A DNA stretch of 62,458 nt from Gemmatimonadaceae bacterium (GTDB taxonomy: Bacteria > Gemmatimonadota > Gemmatimonadetes > Gemmatimonadales > Gemmatimonadaceae): the NCBI GenBank assembly GCA_041742675.1, contig JBGTOG010000366.1:1-62458 (forward strand), given 5' to 3'. A program made the translations under genes and the position numbers. Under the pieces are notes generated by a model. The model did not search any database, was not told the origin of the DNA, and saw nothing but the letters and a program-made list of their open reading frames with translations. Positions 45,788 to 55,382 of the stretch are shown piece by piece (position 1 is the stretch's first letter; each line of letters opens with the position of its first letter).

Positions 45788-48700
45788 GTGCGGGCCTCGG
45801 CGATCGGCCAGCGTGAGAACAGCAGTTTGGCAAGCGACTCGAACTCTTCCCATCGGGATTCCATGGGATCGATACCGCGAAAACATAGCGCGACGTAGGG
45901 ATCTTGTGCATCACCGCCCATGCCATTGAACCCGGGCGGCATATGGTAGGCCGAACGAGCTGCCTCGAACGGCGTCCGCTTGGCACTGCGCGACTTCTTG
46001 GCAGGCGGGCGCATTGCGTCGAAGTACTCCCATCCGGCGTTGGCAAAAAACGGCAACGGAGTATGACGAGCTGCATCGCTGGCCTGAATGAGACTACAGA
46101 GCAGATCGGACGCGCCAGCAATCGGAGGTATACGCTCGACTTCATCAGGCGAGCCATTCTTTTTCTTTCCGATCACCACAGTGAACGCGGCCAGTCCCTC
46201 AACGCCGCTTTCACGCGCCGCGCACATCGCCACATGCTCAATCCAGGCGCGAATACGATGTGGCGGACGGACGCCACCGGCACGCACCACGAAACGTTCG
46301 TCTCCACGAATCTGATCAAGCCGACACGCGACAATTCGAGAGCCGATTTGCAGGTCGAATGCGACCCGTTCGGGCTCGATGCGCGGAATCCCGGGCAGCA
46401 GATTATCCACCTCGCTACTGAGCTTCCTGTACCAGGCATCACCAAGCGCGGCCAACGGTAGCTCGCCGCCGGCTCGCAAGCGCCGCCGAATGCGATCGTT
46501 GTCGCGCGCCGCCGTCGCCGTGGCCAGTGAAGCCGCCAGCACTTTCGCCTTGACGCCCCCTTGATGCATGGCCCCCAACGCAAACGGTTCATCGTCGGAC
46601 GCGGCGTCATCAGCGGCGTACAGTGACAGTCGCAGCGATTGCTGGCAGAAGAAACGACTGGGATTCTCCCAACACCGCACAAGATCATGCAGCGACAGTG
46701 GATCGCTTTCGCGCACCTCGGCATCAATCGATGTGTTGACGAAGAGCGAATCCTGCTCTGATCGCGCGGCGCTTGCCCGGGCCGCGCTGGCGCTGGTTCG
46801 GGAGTACGTGAACAGTCGTGCGTGCGGCTCACCCGCGAAGTAGCGCGTGGCAAATGGCTGCAACGGATGTTGCACCACCACCTCGTTGCGTGCCGAGCCG
46901 CTGGTTCGCCGATCGAGATGATCGAGCAACTCGTCAATCACCACCGAGGGTGCGCACGGCGTATTGTCGCGGACCGCGCGCCCGTTGAAGGCGAGAATGA
47001 GACGCTCGCGGGCTGCCAGCAGGAGATCGAGAAACAGCTGACGATCATCCGTGCGCAGATCCCGATCGCCCACGCGGCGCTCGTGCTCCAGCAGGTCGAA
47101 CGCGGCGCGTCGCTCGCGGCGGGGAAACACCCCGTCGTCGAGTCCGGCTACTGCAATCACACGAAACGGCAGACTGCGCATGGGCTTGAGCGCTGCAACC
47201 GTCATGCCACCCATGAGAAATCCGGCACCAAGTCCGTCGTCATCGAGTACGGCCTCAATCCAGTCTCGAACAACGCCAAACGGCACCGGCGCATGGTGGC
47301 TCGCCAACTCGCTGATGCTGTGCAAGCGATCAAGAGTGCGCAGGAGCGACTCCACCGATTGCCGTTCACCGGCTGATTCCGCGCGCAGCAGCGTCTCGAC
47401 GGCGGCCGTCAACGCGCTGCTCCATTGATCGAGCGAACGTGGTGTACGCCAATCGCTCAAGTGGGCGGCGAGGGCGTCGATCCATTCAGCGAGTCGAGCC
47501 AGTCTCTCCGGATCACCGCTCGTATCGCCGGACTCTGGCATCAACCCAAGGATCTCATCATCGAGGTCGCCGGTGGCGACACCCATCAGCAATCGGTCCA
47601 GTCCAGCGCGCCAACTCGCCTCTTCGTACGCCGGAAAGCCGAGCGCCTCCCGTGCGGACGCGTCGTAGCCCCAGCGCACGAACGCGCGTTGTGCGAGCGC
47701 GTCGAGGGTGTCGACATCACTTTCGCTGAGTGCCGCCGCTTGCCTGGCGATTGCGACGCCAAGCACGCCAAACACTTCACTGCGCGCAAAGCGTCCGCCT
47801 TCGAGCGCGAGAATGCGAGCGAATGCATCGGCCGCCGGCTGCGCGCGGCGTGCCGGGCGGTCGGCAATGCGATAGGGAATGCGTGCACCGTCGTCGTGGC
47901 TGTTGCCGAACACCGCGTCGACAAGCGGCGCCCACGCCGTTGCATCGGGCACGAGTAACAGCAGGTCGTGCGGCCGCAGCTCCGGGTCGGCGGCAAGTGC
48001 TGCCAGCAGCTGGTCGCGCAGAATCTCCAGTTGACGCAACTCCCCATGCGCGTCATGAACGCGCAGGGATGCGTCGCCCGGGCGCAACACCAGCGGTTCT
48101 TTCCCTGCTTCGCCGCTCGCGAGCTCGTGCTGCAGTGTGGAGAGCAGCGACGTGTGGACTTCCGACGCGGGTTCCAGTGATTGCCACTGCGCACCCTGTT
48201 CCTTGAGCAACGAGAGAAACTCGCGACTTTGCAGCCCGAGTGATGTGGCCAGTGGATGCGGCACCTCCGGCTGCAGGCTGGCGGTGTACACACGCACCGG
48301 CAGGTGCTGCGACAGCGCGCCGAGCAACTCGATGAAGACCGGCGGCAGTGCACTCACGCCAAAGACGGTGATCCGTGCCGGCAGCCCGCGCGTGTTGCCA
48401 GCGCGCACTGCAGCAATCGTGCGTCGCAGCCTCGCCGCGAGATGACCTGGCGCGTCTCCCGCCTCTGCGCAGAGCGCGCGCCACAACCTCGCCTGCCACC
48501 GCGCGTGTGAGGAATCGGGCGTGGCGTGACCCGCCTCCCATTCATGCAGCAAATCAGCGCGAAAGAGCTGATAGTCATCAAACCGCGCCGCAATCTGAGT
48601 TGCCAGCCCAAAGCGGGCCCGCGCATCGGCGCCGAGCAGATACGTCTGCAGCGGCTGATAGTCCGTGTCAGCGGTTGGCAACGTGCGCAGCAACTCGTCG

Positions 48701-49005
48701 AGTCGCCAGGTGAGCAGTTCCCGCGTGAATGGGTCCGCGTCGATTCGGGTGCTGTGGCCGGTGCTGAGTCGCTGCTCGATGTCGCGCACAAACGCGCTCG
48801 GGAACGGCAGAGCCAGCGAGCCAACGCCTCCCAGCGCATCTGCGAGCTGCAGCGTGACCCAGCGGCGCATTCCCTGGCTCTGCACGACAACGGTTTCCGT
48901 GTCGCGAGGCGGCAGTGATGCGTGTCGCAACAGGTCGGAAAAATGCGTCAGCAACGGGGTCAACTGCGACGCGGTAAAGACGTACAGTCCTGGCGCTGTC
49001 GTCAT
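45784..49005 (-). CDS. recC: exodeoxyribonuclease V gamma subunit
   Basis: The ORF is open to 49224. The ATG at 49005 gives MTTAPGLYVFTASQLTPLL, a typical RecC start. The size (1073 aa) and position upstream of recB-recD fit RecC. Confidence 0.88.
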   Translation of the reverse strand: MTTAPGLYVFTASQLTPLLTHFSDLLRHASLPPRDTETVVVQSQGMRRWVTLQLADALGGVGSLALPFPSAFVRDIEQRLSTGHSTRIDADPFTRELLTWRLDELLRTLPTADTDYQPLQTYLLGADARARFGLATQIAARFDDYQLFRADLLHEWEAGHATPDSSHARWQARLWRALCAEAGDAPGHLAARLRRTIAAVRAGNTRGLPARITVFGVSALPPVFIELLGALSQHLPVRVYTASLQPEVPHPLATSLGLQSREFLSLLKEQGAQWQSLEPASEVHTSLLSTLQHELASGEAGKEPLVLRPGDASLRVHDAHGELRQLEILRDQLLAALAADPELRPHDLLLLVPDATAWAPLVDAVFGNSHDDGARIPYRIADRPARRAQPAADAFARILALEGGRFARSEVFGVLGVAIARQAAALSESDVDTLDALAQRAFVRWGYDASAREALGFPAYEEASWRAGLDRLLMGVATGDLDDEILGLMPESGDTSGDPERLARLAEWIDALAAHLSDWRTPRSLDQWSSALTAAVETLLRAESAGERQSVESLLRTLDRLHSISELASHHAPVPFGVVRDWIEAVLDDDGLGAGFLMGGMTVAALKPMRSLPFRVIAVAGLDDGVFPRRERRAAFDLLEHERRVGDRDLRTDDRQLFLDLLLAARERLILAFNGRAVRDNTPCAPSVVIDELLDHLDRRTSGSARNEVVVQHPLQPFATRYFAGEPHARLFTYSRTSASAARASAARSEQDSLFVNTSIDAEVRESDPLSLHDLVRCWENPSRFFCQQSLRLSLYAADDAASDDEPFALGAMHQGGVKAKVLAASLATATAARDNDRIRRRLRAGGELPLAALGDAWYRKLSSEVDNLLPGIPRIEPERVAFDLQIGSRIVACRLDQIRGDERFVVRAGGVRPPHRIRAWIEHVAMCAARESGVEGLAAFTVVIGKKKNGSPDEVERIPPIAGASDLLCSLIQASDAARHTPLPFFANAGWEYFDAMRPPAKKSRSAKRTPFEAARSAYHMPPGFNGMGGDAQDPYVALCFRGIDPMESRWEEFESLAKLLFSRWPIAEART

Positions 49006-49043
49006 GCGCGGGTGCGGGCGTGAGGCATGGTGAAGCATACGGA

Positions 49044-49075
49044 ACCGGTCTGACAGCCGCCAACGCGAGACCGGT
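49044..49075. promoter_or_regulatory. perfect 8-bp inverted repeat ACCGGTCT-N16-AGACCGGT in the recC/SNF2 divergent intergenic region
   Basis: Read directly at 49044-49051 and 49068-49075. The function is unknown. Confidence 0.35.
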
Positions 49076-49138
49076 GGCGCGTCAGGAAATCGCGCCGTCC
49101 AGTGCCACGGAGCCCTGACGATGCGGTAGTATGCAGGG

Positions 49139-52100
49139 ATGATCCAGAATACGATCGCCAGCCACTTTCCGGAGGTTATCCGGGCGAGAGGACAGCAGCT
49201 GTTCGCCGCGCGCGCTGTTTCCATTGCGCACGCAGGGTCCGATCTGGTGCTGGCGGTGGTGCAGGGATCGATTCCCTACACCTGCACCATGAAGGTCGTG
49301 CAGGGCGAGCTGTCGCTCAACTGCTCGTGTCCGTATGCAATCGATGGCAATGCCTGCAAGCACGTGTGGGCACTTCTGCTGACGACGGATGCAAACGGAG
49401 CGCTGGCCGCGCTGCTGATGGGGAGCGTGCCCATCCAATCGGTGCTGATCAACCAGGATCCGGGAGCGCTTGACGAGCCGTTCGACACGCTGGCGACCAC
49501 GCCGCCGCCTCCCATGTCGCGCCCACCGGAGAAGCCAAGCTGGGAACATGCATTGGAGCGCGCTCGCTGGCGGATGGAGTACGCACACGAGGCGGAAAAA
49601 CGCGAGCGTGTGGATTGGCCGGCCGATCGTCGGCTGGTGTATATCATCGATGCGGCGGCATCGCGCCACGCCAACGGCATCGCGGTGGAAATCGGTACGG
49701 AGAAGCAGTCCAAGGACGGCTCGTGGGGTGCGCCCAAACACTTCGGCTACCCAACCGGTGTATGGTTTGCGGCACCCGACCGCACAGATCATCTCATCGC
49801 GCGCATGCTGCTCGGTGCAGCACCGCTGCCCGACTACGGACGAGCGCGCACGTCGTTCATCCTGCCGCCGCACAACTACGATCCGGTGCTGCGTATGATC
49901 TGTGAAACCGGACGCGCGCGTCTGCGGACGGGTAGTGCGCGCACCTATTTGCCGACGCTGCGCTGGGATGAGGGTTCCGATCCGGAATCCGCCTGGCGCT
50001 TCTCGCTGGAAGTGAAACGAACACGGAGCGGCGAGCATGTGCTTGAAGGCGCACTGCTGCGCGGATCACAGCGCATGGCGTTGGATGTGCCCGATCTGTT
50101 GCACGAGAGTGGTGTGCTCATCGCACGTGATGCCTTGGCACGGTTTGAACATCACGGTGTGTTTCCGCTGATCAGCGAACTGCAGTCGGTTCCGGGGATG
50201 GCGGTGGGTCGCGATGTCTGGTCGGTGGTCTCACGGCTCTACGCGCTGCCGCGGGTACCCGAGTTCATATTGCCGGCCGACATCACGCTTGACGAATCCC
50301 ACGCCAAACCAACGCCGGTGCTCACACTGGTGGCCGATCCGGAGGTGTGGTCGCGGCGAAACAACGCGGGGCTTGAACTTTCGTTTGCGTATGGCGACGT
50401 GCGTGTGCGCTTCGCCGAGCGCGGGCCCACGCGCTTTGATCCCGCACAGCGCGTCCTGCACCATCGGCGACTCGATGTGGAGCAAGCGGCGCGCGACCGG
50501 CTCATGGAGCTCGGTGCATCATCAATCCGCTTTGTCGCGGCAGACACCACCGCGCTGGTCATTCCGCAGGCGCGTGCATCGGCGCTCGCTGCCCGACTGA
50601 CCCGCGATGGATGGCGTGTCGAGACCGACGGCAAGGCATTTCACGCGGCCGGCACCGTCAGCGCGAGCGTGCGTTCCGGTGTGGACTGGTTCGATCTCGA
50701 CGGCGTGGTGAACTACGGGGAACTGTCGGCGTCGCTTGCGTCGGTGCTGGACGCGCAGCAGCGCGGCGAAGAGACCGTGCTGCTGAATGATGGGTCGTAC
50801 GGACTGTTGCCAACGGACTGGCTTTCGAAGTTGGGACCACTGTTCGTGAGTGGTGTGCGCACCGAACAGGGCACACGTTTTCGCAAAACGCAGCTCTCGC
50901 TGCTGAATGCGCTCCTGGCGACCATGCCGGACGTGGATCTGGACGACACGTTCGCACAGGCGCGTGAACGATTGGCGGGCTTCTCACGCATCACGCCCGC
51001 GGAACCACCGCCTGGTTTTGTCGGGGTGCTGCGCGAGTATCAGCGCGAAGGACTCGGCTGGATGCACTTTCTGCGTGAGTTCGGTTTCGGCGGCTGCCTC
51101 GCCGACGACATGGGACTCGGCAAGACCATTCAGGTCCTGGCGCTACTCGAAGCGCGTCGCGCTGAGGGGCACGGCCCGTCGCTTGTGGTGGTGCCGCGCT
51201 CGCTCGTGTTCAACTGGCGGCGCGAGGCAGAGCGCTTCACGCCCAATCTGCGCGTGCTTGATTGGAGCAGCACCGAACGACGTGTGGATACGCTCGACAC
51301 ATCGAACGTGGACATGTTGCTGGTCACGTATGGTACGCTGCGGCGCGATGTGGTGGAGTTGGGCGCGATCACGTTTGACTACATCGTGCTGGACGAAGCG
51401 CAGGCGATCAAGAACAGCGCGACCGCGACGGCCAAAGCGACGCGGCTGCTCAACGGCAGACATCGACTGGCGCTGAGCGGCACCCCGATCGAAAACCGCA
51501 TTGAAGAACTGTGGAGTGTGCTGGACTTCCTCAATCCAGGTATGCTCGGGGCATCCACGCGCTTTGCGGCAATGCTGCGCCGCGATGCGGCGCATGAGAA
51601 CGGCTCATCGGTGGTGGCGAACGAATCAATCGACACGTCGCCTGAAACATCAGCGGACGGCGCGTTGGCGCGGGCGCTGCGTCCGGTGATTTTGCGTCGC
51701 ACCAAAGCCGAGGTGGCGCCGGAACTTCCGGAGCGGCTGGAGACGACGCTCGAAGTGGAAATGGAGCCGAAGCAGCGTGCATTTTACAACGGCATGCGCG
51801 ATCGCTACCGCGCGTCGTTGCTGCAACGTGTTGCGCGCGACGGACTGCACAAGTCGCGGATGCACATTCTGGAAGCGCTGCTACGGCTTCGTCAGGCGGC
51901 GTGTCACCCTGCGCTTGCCGACCCGAAGAAGCATGCGCTGCCCAGCGCGAAACTGGATGCACTGTTGCCCGCCCTGCTGGAGGTGAGCGCGGAAGGCAAC
52001 AAGGCGTTGGTGTTTTCGCAGTTTACGGGATTTCTCACACTCGTGCGAGCAGCGTTGGATGCCGAGGGCGTGGTCTACGAATACCTCGATGGACGAACGC

Positions 52101-52450
52101 GCGACCGGCAGGCGCGTGTTGACCGGTTCCAGGATGACCCCGCGTGTCCGGTCTTTCTGATCAGTCTCAAAGCCGGCGGACACGGATTAAATCTTACGGC
52201 TGCTGACTACGTGTATCTGCTCGATCCCTGGTGGAATCCGGCGGTAGAAGCGCAAGCAATCGATCGAGCACATCGCATTGGCCGTACGCGACGGGTGATC
52301 GCGACGCGACTGGTGGCCCGCGATACGATTGAGGAGAAAATTCTGCAACTGCAGGCGTCAAAGCGTGCGCTGGCTGACGCGATCCTGACGGCCGACAAGG
52401 GAGTGATGGCATCGATCGGGCGTGAGGAGCTGGAACTGTTGCTGGGCTGA
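49139..52450 (+). CDS. SWIM zinc-finger SNF2-family helicase (HelZ/YwqA-like)
   Basis: 1103-aa ORF. The SWIM motif is CSCPYAIDGNACKH. SNF2 motifs are LADDMGLGKTIQ, LDEAQAIKN, ALSGTPIENR, QARVDRFQ and GGHGLNLTAADYVYLLDPWWNPAVEAQAIDRAHRIG. Confidence 0.92.
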   Translation: MIQNTIASHFPEVIRARGQQLFAARAVSIAHAGSDLVLAVVQGSIPYTCTMKVVQGELSLNCSCPYAIDGNACKHVWALLLTTDANGALAALLMGSVPIQSVLINQDPGALDEPFDTLATTPPPPMSRPPEKPSWEHALERARWRMEYAHEAEKRERVDWPADRRLVYIIDAAASRHANGIAVEIGTEKQSKDGSWGAPKHFGYPTGVWFAAPDRTDHLIARMLLGAAPLPDYGRARTSFILPPHNYDPVLRMICETGRARLRTGSARTYLPTLRWDEGSDPESAWRFSLEVKRTRSGEHVLEGALLRGSQRMALDVPDLLHESGVLIARDALARFEHHGVFPLISELQSVPGMAVGRDVWSVVSRLYALPRVPEFILPADITLDESHAKPTPVLTLVADPEVWSRRNNAGLELSFAYGDVRVRFAERGPTRFDPAQRVLHHRRLDVEQAARDRLMELGASSIRFVAADTTALVIPQARASALAARLTRDGWRVETDGKAFHAAGTVSASVRSGVDWFDLDGVVNYGELSASLASVLDAQQRGEETVLLNDGSYGLLPTDWLSKLGPLFVSGVRTEQGTRFRKTQLSLLNALLATMPDVDLDDTFAQARERLAGFSRITPAEPPPGFVGVLREYQREGLGWMHFLREFGFGGCLADDMGLGKTIQVLALLEARRAEGHGPSLVVVPRSLVFNWRREAERFTPNLRVLDWSSTERRVDTLDTSNVDMLLVTYGTLRRDVVELGAITFDYIVLDEAQAIKNSATATAKATRLLNGRHRLALSGTPIENRIEELWSVLDFLNPGMLGASTRFAAMLRRDAAHENGSSVVANESIDTSPETSADGALARALRPVILRRTKAEVAPELPERLETTLEVEMEPKQRAFYNGMRDRYRASLLQRVARDGLHKSRMHILEALLRLRQAACHPALADPKKHALPSAKLDALLPALLEVSAEGNKALVFSQFTGFLTLVRAALDAEGVVYEYLDGRTRDRQARVDRFQDDPACPVFLISLKAGGHGLNLTAADYVYLLDPWWNPAVEAQAIDRAHRIGRTRRVIATRLVARDTIEEKILQLQASKRALADAILTADKGVMASIGREELELLLG

Positions 52451-52525
52451 GCCGGCGACACACAGGCGTGCATTTGCGACGAGTGGCATCAGCTCGATCG
52501 ATGTGAACCGTACTGTACGCTCCGT

Positions 52526-53260
52526 TTACGCACGGACCACCGCGAAACGCAGGCTGCCACCCGTCTGATTCCGGCTCATGTCGGTGACTTCCACAATCCG
52601 CCCGCCAGCGCGCTCCACCACTTCTTCCACTTCGGCGCGCGAGACCTCGTGCATTTCATAGGGGATGCGTCCCCGCAGTTGCTGCCACCACCGCCGCAGA
52701 TGTTCGCGCCGCAGGCGATACCACCAGGCAGACAGACTGCCGACACGTCGCCGTTTGCCGATGCGCACTTGAAACAGCGCGAGTCCGCCATCCCGCACGA
52801 TGCGGACAAACTCGCCGATGTAGAGCAGCGCCGGCTCGGGAGGCACGTGTTGCAACGTGATGTTGCTGTACACAAAGTCAAACGACTGCGCGGGAAACTG
52901 CGCGAGGTCCGGGACATCGTTGACGACGTACTTCACCCTGTCGCCATGGGCATTGTGCGCGTCGGCCGAGGCGACCATGGTGCTGGAAATATCGACACCG
53001 GTGACATGTGCAAAATGTCCCGCGAGCGCCTGTGTCAGGCGGCCGACGCCACATCCGAAGTCGAGCGCCGCATCTCGCTGCGCCACCAACGCCCTCTCGT
53101 CGAGCCAGGCAATCACGCCCTCGATCTCACGCCGACCATGCGCGAAGAACTCGTCGGCGTCCCATCGCCCGCCTCGCCTTGCGTGATCGGTGAGCACGGC
53201 ATACATAGGATCGTCTTTGCCGTACTTTTCAAAAACCGCTTTGACGTGTTCCAGGCCCAT
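52526..53260 (-). CDS. class I SAM-dependent methyltransferase (small-molecule/protein type)
   Basis: 244-aa ORF with motif I ALDFGCGVGRLTQAL and post-I VTGVDIS. It lacks DNA-methyltransferase motifs such as DPPY/NPPY. Confidence 0.85.
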   Translation of the reverse strand: MGLEHVKAVFEKYGKDDPMYAVLTDHARRGGRWDADEFFAHGRREIEGVIAWLDERALVAQRDAALDFGCGVGRLTQALAGHFAHVTGVDISSTMVASADAHNAHGDRVKYVVNDVPDLAQFPAQSFDFVYSNITLQHVPPEPALLYIGEFVRIVRDGGLALFQVRIGKRRRVGSLSAWWYRLRREHLRRWWQQLRGRIPYEMHEVSRAEVEEVVERAGGRIVEVTDMSRNQTGGSLRFAVVRA

Positions 53261-53315
53261 GGCAACCCGACTCAGTTCAAGGTGTGGTGAGAGAACGCCA
53301 GCTAACCTGACACAA

Positions 53316-54560
53316 ATGACGCTGTTCTGCCACCGCCCAACTCATCGAACGTGCAGGCGCGGGATCGTGGGTCGCGCGGTGCGGGTGCTGGCGCTTGTCG
53401 TCAGTGCCGCTGGGGCCAGCGTGGCCGTCGCACAGCCGGCTGATGGTCGGAGTGCGCGCGTTGTGTCAACAGAGCGTGTGGTTCATGAAAGCGCGGCCGC
53501 CTACGCCAGTGCGCCGGTTCTCTCACTCGTTCCCATGCAGTCGTGGTGCACAGATGTTGACGCCGAGGGCTGCGCGGTGCGCGGATTCCTGCACGCGCAG
53601 CTGCTGCCGGATGGCGGCGTTCTTGCCAGTGACATGAATCCGCCGGTACGTCGCTTTGCCGCCTCCGGCGCGTACACTGGATCGCTCGTACGATCAGGCA
53701 GCGGACCGGGTGAGGTGCGCAACATTGTCGCTTTGCGCTACATCGCAGGTGATTCACTCGATCTCTTCGCGAACGCCGAGATGCGCTATGCGCGAGTCGC
53801 GATTGATGGAGGGCGTGGTCGGTCGGCGACCATGATGCCACCGCTCACCACATTCGATATGGGGTTTTTGGGCAGCACACCGGTGGCGTGGACAATGGGA
53901 CGCGTGCAGGCCGTTGGCGATCTGGCCATCGGTGCGCTGGTTGCACTGGCTGAAGATTCAGCGCGTCAGCGTACGGTCGTGCAATACGAGCTGCCATCGC
54001 TGTATGAAACAGGGAGCGGCGAGTTCATTCGCCCTCCCGCGCCACTCACTCCGTTTCCGAGTGTCGCCACGGGCGCTGGCGGCGATGCGGCGTTCAGCAG
54101 CGGCCGTGCGTTCGTTGTGCACGTTGTGCCGGCCGTTGGAGCGCGCTGGCGACTGGTGGCCGATATTCCGCCGCGCGATGTGACGGCGGCGGAGCGCGAC
54201 AGCGTGGTGCGCACAGTGCGCGATCGGGCAGAGCGGATGCGTCGTGATCCCCGCATGAAGAACGCGTCTGCGCAGGCAGAGGCGGGACTGGCGAATATGC
54301 CGCGTCGGCATGCTGCGATTACTGCGCTGGCAATGTTGCGAGATGGAAGTCTGGCGATACGCACAACGCCAGCCGCCAACAGCTCACACGTACGCTGGGA
54401 TCTGTTCGCTCGTGATGGTACGCGACTTGGCCGGTTCACGCTCGGCTTGCAGCAGAACATTCTCGATGGCGATGCCGGGCAGTTGCTGGTGGGACGCATT
54501 GACGACGCCGGTGTGCCCAGCCTGACGCGCTACCGCGTGGTGCGCAGCCCGACCGAGTAG
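53316..54560 (+). CDS. secreted hypothetical protein, putative beta-propeller fold (paralogue of 15905..17149)
   Basis: The ORF is open from 53190. The ATG at 53316 gives a 414-aa product with the hydrophobic leader VRVLALVVSAAGASVAVAQ. It carries the GSGPGEVR motif and a ...LTRYRVVRSPTE C-terminus. Confidence 0.55.
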   Translation: MTLFCHRPTHRTCRRGIVGRAVRVLALVVSAAGASVAVAQPADGRSARVVSTERVVHESAAAYASAPVLSLVPMQSWCTDVDAEGCAVRGFLHAQLLPDGGVLASDMNPPVRRFAASGAYTGSLVRSGSGPGEVRNIVALRYIAGDSLDLFANAEMRYARVAIDGGRGRSATMMPPLTTFDMGFLGSTPVAWTMGRVQAVGDLAIGALVALAEDSARQRTVVQYELPSLYETGSGEFIRPPAPLTPFPSVATGAGGDAAFSSGRAFVVHVVPAVGARWRLVADIPPRDVTAAERDSVVRTVRDRAERMRRDPRMKNASAQAEAGLANMPRRHAAITALAMLRDGSLAIRTTPAANSSHVRWDLFARDGTRLGRFTLGLQQNILDGDAGQLLVGRIDDAGVPSLTRYRVVRSPTE

Positions 54561-55382
54561 TTTGCGCGGCGCGCTCATTGCGCGCAGCGGATCACCCACC
54601 CGCACCACAAATGTCACGTACGGCAGGCCGGCAACGCGGGGCAGGTGCTCGAGCAGCGTTGCGGATCCCCACCACGCCACGTGCGTGCGGACGCTCGGCG
54701 CACCCGCGGGAACGATGGCGCGCAGCGATACCGGCACCACCGGGACACGCGCGCGTACGGCGCTCTCGAAGAGCGATGATTTGAACGGCAACGTATGCGA
54801 ACCGTCGGTGGTGGTTCCCTCAGCGAACAGTACGACGCCGTGATCTTGCATCGTGGTCGCGACGGCAGGAATGGCACGCAGCAGGTCACGTTTGCGATTG
54901 CGGGCCACGAATACCGTACCGACGGCGCGTGCCGCCGGACCAATGATCGGCCAATCGGCGACGTCATCCTTGGCAATGAAGTCTGCCGCTGGAAAGACCG
55001 TGTGCATGACGAGAATGTCGAGCCAGCTCAGGTGATTGCAGGCAAGCAATGCGGGTGTGCTGTTTGGACGGCCGACGACCTGCACGCGGATATCGAGCAC
55101 TTGCAGGATGGCACGCGAGCAGCTCACGGTGATGCGGCGAACTGTGCGTGATCGTGTAGCCGGGCGTACGCCACTGAACGGCGCGACCACGAGACGGCAC
55201 GCGGCGAGCGACACGGCGGCGCCACACAGCAGAATGCTGAGCATCAGGAGTCGCACGGTTGCTCGACTCGCCGACCAACGGTGCGTTGTGCGCGTCTCGC
55301 GTTTGATCACGTCCGATACGGGAGACGGGTCCTCGCAGTCCACGCGGCGCGAACGCCGCGCGCCGGCTTCAGCCACGCTCAC
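54384..55382 (-). CDS. olsA: lyso-ornithine lipid O-acyltransferase (PlsC-family acyltransferase)
   Basis: The ORF is open to 55484. In-frame GTGs at 55382 and 55376 abut the olsB stop. It has the HX4D motif ACNHLSWLDILV, FVARN and LFAEGTTTDGS. The 3' 177 nt overlap the convergent gene 53316..54560. Confidence 0.78.
   Translation of the reverse strand: MSVAEAGARRSRRVDCEDPSPVSDVIKRETRTTHRWSASRATVRLLMLSILLCGAAVSLAACRLVVAPFSGVRPATRSRTVRRITVSCSRAILQVLDIRVQVVGRPNSTPALLACNHLSWLDILVMHTVFPAADFIAKDDVADWPIIGPAARAVGTVFVARNRKRDLLRAIPAVATTMQDHGVVLFAEGTTTDGSHTLPFKSSLFESAVRARVPVVPVSLRAIVPAGAPSVRTHVAWWGSATLLEHLPRVAGLPYVTFVVRVGDPLRAMSAPRKLLGRAAHHAVARQAGHTGVVNASHQQLPGIAIENVLLQAEREPAKSRTITSEQIPAYV

Noticed and set aside
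49082-50038. A 318-aa minus-strand ORF covering the recC/SNF2 intergenic region and the SNF2 5' end
   Set aside because: It is antisense to the SWIM zinc-finger coding region, shows no motifs, and would leave recC without a promoter region.
49139-53260. SNF2 helicase plus adjacent methyltransferase as a DISARM/BREX-like phage-defence module
   Set aside because: The methyltransferase has small-molecule class-I motifs and no DNA-methyltransferase (D/N)PPY motif. The genes are convergent rather than co-transcribed. No DUF1998, PLD, PglZ or other partner genes are present. SWIM-SNF2 genes are common core genes.
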